Shown here: piece by piece, positions 16,686 to 25,230 of the stretch
Numbering within the stretch: the first letter of the stretch is position 1
How the letters are laid out: each line of letters begins with the position of its first letter
NCBI GenBank assembly: GCA_040219255.1
Contig: JAVJSW010000048.1
Span: forward strand, 1-34,299
Origin: Sumerlaeia bacterium
GTDB lineage: Bacteria; Sumerlaeota; Sumerlaeia; SLMS01; JAHLLQ01
Direction: 5' to 3'
DNA: 34,299 nt
Program-made: the position numbers and the translations under genes
The notes under the pieces: model-generated
What the model was told of the DNA's origin: nothing
The model's input: the letters and a program-made list of their open reading frames with translations, nothing else
Database searches by the model: none

Positions 16686-17177
16686 CTACAGAGCCGCCCT
16701 GGCTTCCTTGAGCGTAATCATCAGCGTCATGGGATGGAGGGGCGAGGCGGTGAATCCGCATCGTTCGTAGAAGGGTTTGGCCGGTTCGGAAATCGCATGC
16801 ACGACGATGGCGCGGATGCCGGCGATACCGGCCGCCTGGAGCGTGCGCAAGATGGCGTCCCGCAGGAGCGCTTTGCCGAGGCCCTGACCTTGGCCGCTTT
16901 GGTCCACGGCGAGCCGCCCCAGGATCATCACCGGGATCGGCTGGGGCATGTTGCGCCGGACTTTGCCGGGCACTTCCGCGTGGGCGATGCTTCCCACGGC
17001 CAAGCTGTAGTAGGCGATGACCCGGCGCGTTTCATCGCACACGACGTAGGTGCGCGAGGCGCCGCTTTCCTGGTTCTTGAGAGCCCGCTTGCGGAGGAAG
17101 TCGTCGAGTTCCGCTTCTCCGCAGGCGAACGCCGCGGTGTCGTGGTGTTCGGAGAGAAGCTGGGGAGCCGTCAGCAT
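16686..17177 (-). CDS. GNAT acetyltransferase toxin (TacT/AtaT-like)
   Basis: FACGEAELDDFLRKRA, PIPVMILGRLAVDQSGQGQGLGKALL (acetyl-CoA motif) and AKPFYERCGF. Downstream of a DUF1778 gene. Confidence 0.93.
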   Translation of the reverse strand: MLTAPQLLSEHHDTAAFACGEAELDDFLRKRALKNQESGASRTYVVCDETRRVIAYYSLAVGSIAHAEVPGKVRRNMPQPIPVMILGRLAVDQSGQGQGLGKALLRDAILRTLQAAGIAGIRAIVVHAISEPAKPFYERCGFTASPLHPMTLMITLKEARAAL

Positions 17178-17180
17178 CCC

Positions 17181-17459
17181 TCAGCGTTCCCAGGGCGCTT
17201 TGGCCGCCAGGAGCGCCTTGAGCTTCTCGTTCTCCACGGGCGCGTCGAGGCGCCGCACGAACTCTTCGTACTGGTCCTCCGGCAGCGTGAAGGTGCGTTG
17301 GTCGAGGAGAACGCGTTTGGCCTGTTCGCAGGAACTCTTGAGCATGAACTCCGTGCGGCTCTCCCCCACCGCCTCGGCGGCGCGGTCGATCAGGTCGCGC
17401 TCCGTCACGAGGCAGCGCAGGCTCAGCTTGGTGCGGTTGGCGGTGTCTGTGGTCTGCAT
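17181..17459 (-). CDS. DUF1778 ribbon-helix-helix antitoxin (TacA/AtaR-like)
   Basis: LSLR...ERDLIDRAAEAVGESRTEFML...LLDQRTFTL..QYEEFVRRLDAP..KLKALLAAKAPWE. AGGAGG SD. Confidence 0.93.
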   Translation of the reverse strand: MQTTDTANRTKLSLRCLVTERDLIDRAAEAVGESRTEFMLKSSCEQAKRVLLDQRTFTLPEDQYEEFVRRLDAPVENEKLKALLAAKAPWER

Positions 17460-17480
17460 GGCGTCCTCCTTTTCCCCGTG

Positions 17481-17513
17481 AGTTTACCTCATTGTATGGA
17501 CGCTGTCAATACA
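17481..17513 (-). promoter_or_regulatory. Sigma70 promoter and overlapping operator of the GNAT TA operon
   Basis: On the - strand, TTGACA (17509-17504), a 17-bp spacer and TAAACT (17486-17481). The inverted repeat TGTATGGAC-GCT-GTCAATACA (17493-17513) covers the -35 box. Confidence 0.75.
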
Positions 17514-17607
17514 CCGCGTTTCGCGTTCAAGGGCTTTCCGCGTTCGCGGTTCCTCTGGCGGTCCGGACTTGCCCCGGGGTACGAAAGAAGGTAAGGTGAA
17601 AGTCGCC

Positions 17608-18018
17608 ATGGATCGTGCCGCGACGCCCCCAAAAAACGCCCTCCTCCAGCGCGACCTGTTCGAATTCGCCGAGCCGGTGAGCACGGAGGCGGCCGCGCCG
17701 GCGCTCGAGCTGGATGGCTTGGCGGTCTGCTTCACGGGGTGGTTTGCCTTTGGCGGCCGGAAAGCCTGCATGGAAGCGGCCCGGGCCAGCGGAGCCGCCG
17801 TGCATCTGTTCCCCGTTCGCGGGACAGACCTCCTGGTGGTCGGCGCCCTGGGGTCGCGGACTTGGCTCCACGGGCTCTGGGGAGCCAAAATCGAACGCGC
17901 CCGGGTTCTCAAAAATCAAGGCCACCCGATCCGCATCGTGACGGAAGCGGCCTGGGTCTCCGCCCTGCGGGTCAACGCCCAGCTCGATCTGGCTTACCTG
18001 GGGGATTTCGAGCCTTAG
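17608..18018 (+). CDS. Stand-alone BRCT domain protein
   Basis: LDGLAVCFTG.F..G.RKAC...G....TDLLVVG..GS..W.HG.WGAKIERA...IRIVTEAAW is a BRCT pattern. Start uncertain (17596 or 17608). Confidence 0.75.
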   Translation: MDRAATPPKNALLQRDLFEFAEPVSTEAAAPALELDGLAVCFTGWFAFGGRKACMEAARASGAAVHLFPVRGTDLLVVGALGSRTWLHGLWGAKIERARVLKNQGHPIRIVTEAAWVSALRVNAQLDLAYLGDFEP

Positions 18019-18101
18019 TCCTTCGGGAAACGCATTGATTCGCAGTCGGGGCCACAGTAGAAGCCGTTGACGCTGGTCAATTCCTATGCTGTAGTCGTAT
18101 A

Positions 18102-19646
18102 ATGGGTGAAAAAGAAGCCAAAAACGTCGAAGCCATCGTCGAACGCCTCGGGCGAGACGAAATGAATCTGGCTGAGTTCCCGATTGGGGTCCTGGGGCAT
18201 CGCTCCCCTAGCAACGTCAAGACGCTTGAATTCCAGAAAACGATCATGTTCAAGGGCAAGAGACTTGAACAGAAGTGGACTGTGACCTCTACGGACAAGC
18301 ACGGTTTACCGGTTGCCAGCGATGACGCCGTGACTCTGGAATTGATTGAGTTGTCGAGAGAGCACGATTTTCCCAAGCGTGTTCCGTTCAGCCGAAATGA
18401 ACTGCTCGAACGCCTGGGTTGGGGAAGTGGCGGAAAATCCTACACGCGGCTGAGTAACTGCCTGAAGCGCCTCTCTGGCGTTGCGATCTATGCCGAGAAC
18501 GCCTTCTGGGACCCGGAAAGCCGTCAGTATGTGGCTGAGTGTAAGTTCAATATCATCAACAGTTACCGAATTTTTGACGAGAATAAGAAGCGTCGCGAGA
18601 GCCAAGGGCAGCAATCCCTTCCATTTAGCTGGTTTGAGTGGTCTGACGAGATGCTGGACTCCTTGCGCAAAGGCTACATCAAGTCTATCGACTTGCATGT
18701 CTATGAGCAACTGGAGAGCCCGATTGGAAAGCGCCTCTACCGCTTCTTGGACAAGAAATTAGGCAGAAAGCCAGTTTTCGAGATCGGGGTTTTCAAGCTC
18801 TGCCACACCCACTTGGGCTTTCCAAAATCCTGGGAGTATTTTTCCCAGCTCAGCCGCCGATTGTCTCCACAGCTTGACGAGCTTGTTCGAGTGGGATACT
18901 TGGAAAGCTATTCTTACCGCGATGCGAAAAAATCCGACGAGAAGAAGATCCTGACGGTCGTAGCAGCGGAGCATCGGCCACGGATTATCGAAGATTACGA
19001 CACCTTGCTCGATACCCACCCAGCCGCCTATTTCTACCGGCAGCTCCATGGCACCGTTGAGATCAGTGAAGTTAGTGCAAAGGACCGTCAACAAGCCTTC
19101 CGGTTTATCCGTGAGTACGGCAGTGAGGATTGGCGAGATTTTGTCGATTTTGCCATCCAATACCGTGACAAAAATTGGCCGGAGATGAAGACACTGGGCG
19201 GCGCTATTCAGGCCTGTAAGGCCGCGTTCCTGAAGCAACGAGAAGAACGCCTCGCTCGCGAACGAGATGACCTGAAGCTGATCTTCGACAAGACGTTGAA
19301 ACAGCATTGGGTAGATTTCGTAGAAGCCGAATTCCTGGGAAGAATAAAAGCCGAGTTTCCGGAAAAATTCGAGATTTTCGAAGCGGAGCTGGCCCAGACC
19401 GATGAGCATTACCGGCGAGATAAAATCAGGCTGGAATGTCTCGAAGACGGCGACACATCGGATGAGCCCTCACTCTACGTTGAAATGCTCAGAGCCCGTA
19501 TGCGCCATCGATACTTCACCATCTTCGCAGACACGTTCGTCGAAGAAGGCGTGGTCGATTTCTACGATTTCAGCCATGGTTACCGGGAATATGTGACGAA
19601 AGAAGCCCGGACCTATCTGGAGCAACTCGAGAGCAAAATCGTCTAG
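18102..19646 (+). CDS. Plasmid replication initiator protein (RPA/TrfA-like winged-helix Rep)
   Basis: GRDEMNLAEFP, HGLP..DD.V, FSRNELL..LGW...GKSY.RL, LESPIGKRLYRFLDK. Immediately followed by iterons. Confidence 0.88.
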   Translation: MGEKEAKNVEAIVERLGRDEMNLAEFPIGVLGHRSPSNVKTLEFQKTIMFKGKRLEQKWTVTSTDKHGLPVASDDAVTLELIELSREHDFPKRVPFSRNELLERLGWGSGGKSYTRLSNCLKRLSGVAIYAENAFWDPESRQYVAECKFNIINSYRIFDENKKRRESQGQQSLPFSWFEWSDEMLDSLRKGYIKSIDLHVYEQLESPIGKRLYRFLDKKLGRKPVFEIGVFKLCHTHLGFPKSWEYFSQLSRRLSPQLDELVRVGYLESYSYRDAKKSDEKKILTVVAAEHRPRIIEDYDTLLDTHPAAYFYRQLHGTVEISEVSAKDRQQAFRFIREYGSEDWRDFVDFAIQYRDKNWPEMKTLGGAIQACKAAFLKQREERLARERDDLKLIFDKTLKQHWVDFVEAEFLGRIKAEFPEKFEIFEAELAQTDEHYRRDKIRLECLEDGDTSDEPSLYVEMLRARMRHRYFTIFADTFVEEGVVDFYDFSHGYREYVTKEARTYLEQLESKIV

Positions 19647-19660
19647 AACGACAGAGATAC

Positions 19661-19919
19661 CTCGTACCCTGGGGCAAGGCGTCGCGAATCCTTGAGGGAC
19701 ACCTCGTACCCCGGGGCAAGTTTTTGGCATTTTAAGCCAAAAAGGAGGCTTTCCGAGAACGCTCGGGGGCCTGACCAGTTGTGGATAACCTCGACTTTCG
19801 TGACCAAAGGGTCGTCGTACCCCGGGGCAAGTATTGTCGTACCCGGGGGCAACTTTGTTCGTACCCGGGGGCAAGACACCTCGTACCCTGGGGCAAGTCC
19901 ACTCGTACCCCGGGGCAAG
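19661..19919 (+). repeat. Seven iterons, consensus TCGTACCC(C/T/G)GGGGCAAG
   Basis: Copies start at 19661, 19703, 19814, 19836, 19858, 19880 and 19902. The last five have an exact 22-bp period. Confidence 0.93.
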
Positions 19920-20062
19920 CGGCTTGTCCGCAAAGCACTGGAAAATAAAGAGTTATTGCCACCATCGGGACTGCTTAACTGTTAATAACTTACTATTTTA
20001 AATCTTATAACACACGTAACGCGCGCGCACGGAGCACCTGGGGAACTGCATGCTGTGGATAA
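19661..20062. other. Iteron-type replication origin (oriV)
   Basis: Iterons, perfect DnaA boxes TGTGGATAA at 19780-19788 and 20054-20062, and an AT-rich tract at about 19974-20010 (TTAACTGTTAATAACTTACTATTTTTAAATCTTATAA). Confidence 0.88.
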
Positions 20063-20311
20063 GGCCAAACGCTGCTTGCCGCTGCGCGGGGCTCAGTAGG
20101 AGTAAATAAAAGGTGAAAGTGCTTGGTCTTGTCGTGATGGGCTGAAAACGGGAATAGAGGGCTTCTGAGCGGGTGGAGCAGGCTCTCGGCTAGGTGGGGT
20201 TGGAAAAGTGGGCGAAGGCCTCTCAAAAACGATCCTCGCGCGATTTTGGCCTATTGCCGGGCCTGAGTTCACCCCCGTGGTGCCATCTTTCTCGTTTCCT
20301 ACTGATTTTGC

Positions 20312-21256
20312 TCAGCGGGTCAGTCCCTGCCGTTCCATCAGCACCTGGTTCCAATCATAGCCGCTTTCCGGGGGCTGGGCAACCTTGGCCTCGCGGTTCT
20401 CCTCCTCGCAGAGGCGCTCCACTTGGCCGGTGTACTGGTGGCCTTTGCGGTCGTTGTCGAAGGCCAGGATCACAGTGCCGTCTGGCGGAAGGCGCCGCAC
20501 GGCCGCTTGCAGGCACTTCTGTGAGTCCGGTCCCCAGCTACCCGAGGTCCCGATCAGGTAGGTCGCCGGCGCGGGGTTCAGGATGTGGTAGCTGATGACG
20601 TCCAGGACCGCCTCCCCCACCACGATGGCTGCCGGGTTTTGAGGCTTGTTCGAGCGCCATAGACATTTGATCCCCCCGGTCGAGAAGCCCCGGTAGGAAG
20701 CGCTCTTGATCTCGTAGCCGCAAATGCCCAGCAGGTTGCGGTGGGGGAAGATCAGATTCTGGCGGTCGTCCTGGCGGATTTTGCCCGCCAGCAAGGCGCC
20801 GAGACTATCGGTCCAGGCGATCCCTCGCTGCTCAAGGTACGGATGGCCGGTGATGGCGGGCATCGCTTCCACCGCCTGGCTCATGGCTTCGATGTCCACT
20901 CGGCGCATGGGCTTGGGTTTTCGGCCCAAAGGCTCGACGGCGCGGTAATGGGGCGTGGGCTCTCCCCTACTCCAGCGGCGAATCAGATGACATGCTTTGG
21001 AGAAATCCCCGCCCGTGGTGCGGTTCATCACGAAGTCGAAGATGGAGCCGTTGTCTGCCAGGTCCTCGAAGGAGTAGTAAATCCAGTGGCCGTCCTTCTC
21101 GTCGATGGTCACGCCGACGATGTTCGCATCGGGTCCGCGCAAGATGGTGCTGCGCTCGTAGCTTTTGCGCTCGTCCACCACGTGGCCGTAGCCCCGCATG
21201 AAGTCGATCAGGTTCAGCGCCGTCTTGAAGTACTCCTGCTCTTCCTTGCGATTCAT
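20312..21256 (-). CDS. DUF3991/Toprim primase-like protein
   Basis: DNGSIFDFV, HPYLEQRGI, NLIFPH...GYEIK...GFSTGG.K.LW, and Toprim motifs VVGEAVLDVISY and LAFDNDRKG. Confidence 0.82.
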   Translation of the reverse strand: MNRKEEQEYFKTALNLIDFMRGYGHVVDERKSYERSTILRGPDANIVGVTIDEKDGHWIYYSFEDLADNGSIFDFVMNRTTGGDFSKACHLIRRWSRGEPTPHYRAVEPLGRKPKPMRRVDIEAMSQAVEAMPAITGHPYLEQRGIAWTDSLGALLAGKIRQDDRQNLIFPHRNLLGICGYEIKSASYRGFSTGGIKCLWRSNKPQNPAAIVVGEAVLDVISYHILNPAPATYLIGTSGSWGPDSQKCLQAAVRRLPPDGTVILAFDNDRKGHQYTGQVERLCEEENREAKVAQPPESGYDWNQVLMERQGLTR

Positions 21257-21591
21257 CGGGCATCTCGAGAACTGCGCCGGTCACCCCCCCGCCTATCGAT
21301 CAGTTCTTCGTCGGGGATATCGAAGCCGATCGCCTTGAGCCCTCGCAGGACAATCGTACGCTCAGTTTCCGTGCCTTGAGAATCGACAATCCTCTGCCGC
21401 ATCTGCTGCTTGATGTGCTGAGTGACCTTGGTCGCCGTGATGCGCTCGTTGGCTTCGGTTGAAGTGGATGGAGGCAGCGACACCGACTCTGATTCTCGCG
21501 TAAGCTTTTTTGAATCAGTCGTTTTCCGGGGCGTGGCCGCGCGAGCGGGCGGGAACCCATCCATGATACTGGCCAGTTTTTTATTCGCCAT
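21253..21591 (-). CDS. Small ParA partner (type Ib ParG-like centromere-binding protein)
   Basis: Directly downstream of parA with an AGGAG SD. Disordered N-terminus, then an RHH-like C-terminus (TERTIVLRGLKAIGFDIPDEELIDRRG). Confidence 0.65.
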   Translation of the reverse strand: MANKKLASIMDGFPPARAATPRKTTDSKKLTRESESVSLPPSTSTEANERITATKVTQHIKQQMRQRIVDSQGTETERTIVLRGLKAIGFDIPDEELIDRRGGDRRSSRDAR

Positions 21592-21636
21592 TGGTTCACT
21601 CCTTCAAAAAAGCAAAGTACGTATTTTGCATCTCTG

Positions 21637-22290
21637 CTACTTGCGTATTTTGCTAAGCTCCACCGCAATCTTCGCGATGTCCTTGGTTGCAGCTCCTTTT
21701 GGCTCGATCACGACGGGAGAGAGACCCTCGAGACCGGCTTCAAGGTAAACGACTCTTGATGCGAGTTCCGCTTTCATGAGCGGAAAACCGTTGTCCTCGA
21801 GTTGCTGGCGCACGTGCCGAGCAACCACGGTGTTCTTCTGTGTCATGGTGAGAAGCATTCTGACCATGACCGGCTTGCCGGCTCGTTCGTCTGTTTCGTT
21901 GATTTCCTCGACCAAGTCCATCGTTCTGCGGGCTCTACGCACGTCGTCCTTCGATGGCTTCAAGGGAATGATCACGACATCGCTACTCGCGATGGCTGCC
22001 ACGTTGGTCTGATTTCCAAAGCCTCCGGTATCGACCAGAATAGGCCGATGCTTGGCTCGAAGCTCTTCGATCAGGTTGCCAACGGTGACTTCTGGATCGG
22101 CCAGGACGGGAATCTTCCCCATTGGCCCGTCAGGATCGTGATTCTCGAACAGGCCCTCTTCGGGGTCCGCATCGATGATGGCCGGCTTTTGCCCAACATT
22201 CTGCCAATGCGAGGCGAGAGCACGAACGAGAGTGGTTTTTCCGACCCCACCTTTCGAGGAGGCAAAGACGATCACATGAGGGACAGGCAT
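21637..22290 (-). CDS. parA: Short (type Ib) ParA partition ATPase
   Basis: Deviant Walker A SSKGGVGKTT at the N-terminus, IIDADP, LVDTGG, SDVVIIP.KPS..D. No N-terminal HTH. Confidence 0.92.
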   Translation of the reverse strand: MPVPHVIVFASSKGGVGKTTLVRALASHWQNVGQKPAIIDADPEEGLFENHDPDGPMGKIPVLADPEVTVGNLIEELRAKHRPILVDTGGFGNQTNVAAIASSDVVIIPLKPSKDDVRRARRTMDLVEEINETDERAGKPVMVRMLLTMTQKNTVVARHVRQQLEDNGFPLMKAELASRVVYLEAGLEGLSPVVIEPKGAATKDIAKIAVELSKIRK

Positions 22291-22310
22291 ACACAGTTCC
22301 TTCAAAGTAC

Positions 22311-22510
22311 GCATTTTGCACTTTTGCTTTTATGCATCTGTGCAAAACACCAGATTTGCTTCTCTGGAACCTACTCAGTCAATGCGAAAGAAGCAAAACA
22401 CGAAGAGTTCAGAGCAGCAGAAAAGCGAAAAGGCAGAAAGTCAAAGAACCAGTAAAGCAGAAAAGCAAAAAACGTATTTTGGTGCTTTGCTATTATGCAC
22501 AACAGCAAAG
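22311..22510. repeat. Degenerate 8-bp periodic array, putative centromere/par operator
   Basis: GCACTTTT GCTTTTAT GCATCTGT GCAAAACA..., then AGCAGAAA AGCGAAAA GGCAGAAA GTCAAAGA ACCAGTAA AGCAGAAA AGCAAAAA, upstream of parA. Similar units at about 21606-21656. Confidence 0.65.
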
Positions 22511-22570
22511 ATGGTTCGTTCGGTCGCGAGAGGTCTAGACAACCCCTAAAATCTCTGCTATCAGTACTCC

Positions 22571-23017
22571 ATGGCAAAGCAGAATCCACAGACTCCCCCT
22601 GAGCAGCCGGCGCCCAATGACGCGCCAAAGCCGATTTTCAAGACGTCCTATGGCCGTGTCAGCGCGGCGATCTGGGAAAACTTCGCCAGCGACGGCACGC
22701 CCTTCCACACGGTCACTTTCGAGAGAAGCTACCAGGACGGAGAAACCTGGAAGACGAGCGCGAGCTTTGGCACTGGGTCGGACCTGAACAATCAGGGCCG
22801 CTGCGTCCGCGATATCGAAACCTGGGCTGTGGCCCACGCCTTCGGGTGGGCCGGAACGGCTCCTGACGCTCCCAAACACGATTCAGGAGCGTTCCTGGCC
22901 TTCGCGCTTTACTCCCAAAATGAAATCCGAGGCCTTCTGCGCCTGGCTGGCGGCGAAGACGGCGACCTTGGCGTCGGCCCTCAGGACCTGGATCCAGTTG
23001 GCCAGGTAGGCGGCTGA
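22571..23017 (+). CDS. PC4/Whirly-like putative ssDNA-binding small protein with a read-through tail
   Basis: KPIFKTSYGRVSAAIWEN...G..FHTVTFERSYQDGETWKTSASFG matches small mobile-element proteins of this fold. The last 135 nt overlap ardC antisense. Confidence 0.7.
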   Translation: MAKQNPQTPPEQPAPNDAPKPIFKTSYGRVSAAIWENFASDGTPFHTVTFERSYQDGETWKTSASFGTGSDLNNQGRCVRDIETWAVAHAFGWAGTAPDAPKHDSGAFLAFALYSQNEIRGLLRLAGGEDGDLGVGPQDLDPVGQVGG

Positions 23018-23772
23018 ATTCTCCATGAGCGGGGGCACATCGATGCCGGCGCGGCCGCAAAGAAAAGCCGATCCCATCTCGGCCACCAGCTCCTCGCGGG
23101 CGTAGGAGGGGCTTCCGAAGGGGGCCGCTTCGGTCACGCCCGGGCGATTGAGGCGGCTCTCATGGCCGGTGGCATGGACAAGTTCGTGAAAGAGGGTGCC
23201 GTAGAACTCCTCTCGCGAGGAAAAGCGCTCGGCCGGGGGCAAGGTCACCTGGTCGCGCCGGATGCTGTAGAAAGCCCTCGTTCCCTCATAGACGATGGGC
23301 GGGCACTGGGGCATGGCGGCCAGGATTGCTTTGCATTGGATCACCGGGTCGTGCTCGCGGGGGGCGGCGCCGGCGTCTTCCACCGCGGGGACCGTCAGCC
23401 CTTCGCACTGGCCGACGTTGAAGACGTTGTAATACTTGAGAAGCGGGACGCGCTGCTTGCCGGCGCCGTCTTCCTCACGGGCGCCGGCGGGGGAGGGGCC
23501 GCCCTCCTTTTCGAACTCGAGGATTTTCCAGAAGACGACCGGGGTGCTCTTCTCGCCCTTCTTCACGGCGCCGCCCCGCTCCTTGGCTTGCTTGAAGGTC
23601 AGCCAGAAGTTGGCGCTGTAGCCGCGGACGTTGGCTTCGCAGGTTAGAAGGAAGGTGTTCACGCCCCGGTAGGGTTTTCCCGAGGCCAGATTCGCCGGCG
23701 TCCCGATCCCGGCCCAGGGCTGGCGCCAGGGGGCCCGAGGTAGGCCACCAGGCGGTCGGTGACGATCTGGTA
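22883..23772 (-). pseudogene. ardC: ArdC-family antirestriction ssDNA-binding/zincin protein, frameshifted near the 5' end
   Basis: YQIVTDRLVAYL, frameshift near 23735, then PWRQPW...N..SGKPYRGVNTF, WLTFKQAKERGGAVKKGEKS, HELVHATGH and YAREELVAEMGSAF. No SD or ATG for the N-terminal piece; a GTG restart at 23662 is possible. Confidence 0.8.
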
Positions 23773-24187
23773 GGGGAGAGCCAGCTTCTCCGCCCGCTCG
23801 CCCCGGGAAGCCTCCCCCTTTTCTTCCTACTGCCCCCGTCAGGATGTCTCTTCGCCATCCCGCCAGCTTAGCAGGCGGGGGAGGGCTTGTCCAGACGCTC
23901 TGGGGGCGCGTAGATAAAGGAGGTTTAGCGAAGGCCGGGCGGCAGCAGATTGCTCTTGAGGGGCGTTGGAAGTCTCGTAGGTTACGGGCTCAGCGAGGGA
24001 TTCGGTACTGTGGAGTCGTCACTGAGTTGGCCTAACGGTAAACAAAAAAGCCAATTGGAAGGGACGTCGATGGCCTAATCACCCGGAGAAACTTCCTATC
24101 TGCTGCTGAGTCCTTCGCCCCACCCGTTGGGATTGTCTTTTTTGTCGCTGTTGCGCCACATGAGAGGACAAGCGGGACGAAGTCGCC

Positions 24188-24224
24188 TAAAAACGAAAAC
24201 GGAGCCGGGGGATAACCGGCTCCG
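24188..24224 (-). terminator. Rho-independent terminator
   Basis: CGGAGCCGG-TTATCCC-CCGGCTCCG followed by TTTTCGTTTTT on the - strand. Confidence 0.75.
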
Positions 24225-24348
24225 GCAAGCCAAAAAGGCGTTGCGGGCAAGGATTCCGCTACGACAGTTTCCTGTCGTAGCGGGGGTTTAGATCGACCAA
24301 CCTCCGTCGAGGAATGGGCTCACGTTCGCTGCACGGAAATGAGCCCAT

Positions 24349-24525
24349 TTACTTCTCTTCGAAGTGATGGTTGTTGAGGGAAGGCGGGAAGGGACTGCCT
24401 TTCTTCACGTGACGATCGTACGACTGGCCAGCATAGACGCCGGTGGCATCGTTGTACTGGCCGTAGGTTGCCGTCTTGGGGCATTCCTGGCCCGACCAGT
24501 ACGGGATTTTTGTACCGCTGTTCAT
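24349..24525 (-). CDS. YjzC-like 58-aa micro-protein
   Basis: Below the track's size cutoff. AGGAGG SD, then MNSGTKIPYWSGQECPKTATYGQYNDATGVYAGQSYDRHVKKGSPFPPSLNNHHFEEK*. The G..P....Y...V..G..FPP pattern resembles YjzC. Confidence 0.7.
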   Translation of the reverse strand: MNSGTKIPYWSGQECPKTATYGQYNDATGVYAGQSYDRHVKKGSPFPPSLNNHHFEEK

Positions 24526-25230
24526 GAGGACTTTCCTCCTTTCTTGAAAGATTTGGGGAAAGTTGGCAAAATGGGTGCCAATACCGAATGCATACTATCG
24601 TGTGAACGCGAAGCGTTGTTAAACTTACACTTCGCGTCTCGCGTTTTGGAAATTTCAGTACATCATGATATGTAATGCGAGGCGTTGCGACACATTTCCT
24701 ATTAAGAACTGCTCGGGAGTGTGGCTTTTTTTGAGTTTCGAGGGCCGATAACGGTCCTGAGAGTTTTGATCGCGACGGGTTGTGAGGTGGTGAGGTTTCC
24801 TCCCCAAGAAGTCCGAATTCGGCAAAACCATTGGTTTTGTTCAGTTTGCCTCAGTCGTAATTTTTTGCTTGTGTGGCGATGACTCCCCGGGTATTTTGCT
24901 CGTCAATATTGCTGATCTTTTGACAAAGGTCTGATGACGCTCCCATCGACGATCTGTTCGGTGCTGTAGGGAGCTTTGGCAGCTTCATGTCACTCTGAGG
25001 CAGAGCCGGCCTCGCTTGTCGTTCAATTCAATGAAGTCAACGCTTTCCATTCCAGTGAGCGAACACCGACCGAGGTAATTTGTTTCTCATCGCTAGGTCA
25101 AGAGTCGCGACAGACCTTCCTTTTTCGGTGACTTTTCTCTTGTTCCGTACTTTGCCGTGACGGTACTGAATTTTGCGACACAATAAAACCTGAATCAAAA
25201 GCCCTCTCCCCCCTCGATGGAGTTTTTCCC

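Larger units (their letters stand above)
8970..23800. mobile_element. Plasmid-like/integrative element core (boundaries undefined; may extend to Shango/higBA)
   Basis: Recombinase, xis, repressor, Rep/oriV, par system, Toprim, ardC and a TA pair are clustered. No att repeats, tRNA, relaxase or T4SS seen. The whole window could instead lie on a large plasmid. Confidence 0.55.

Noticed and set aside
19661-19919. Possible CRISPR array
   Set aside because: The repeats are about 18 bp with 4-bp gaps, there are no unique spacers or cas genes, and they sit beside rep, DnaA boxes and an AT-rich tract, so they are iterons.
19643-19985. Repeat-containing small ORFs (LAPGYE repeats)
   Set aside because: Translation artefacts of the iteron array.
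8970-23800. Prophage or conjugative ICE
   Set aside because: No capsid, terminase, tail, relaxase, coupling protein or T4SS genes in the window.
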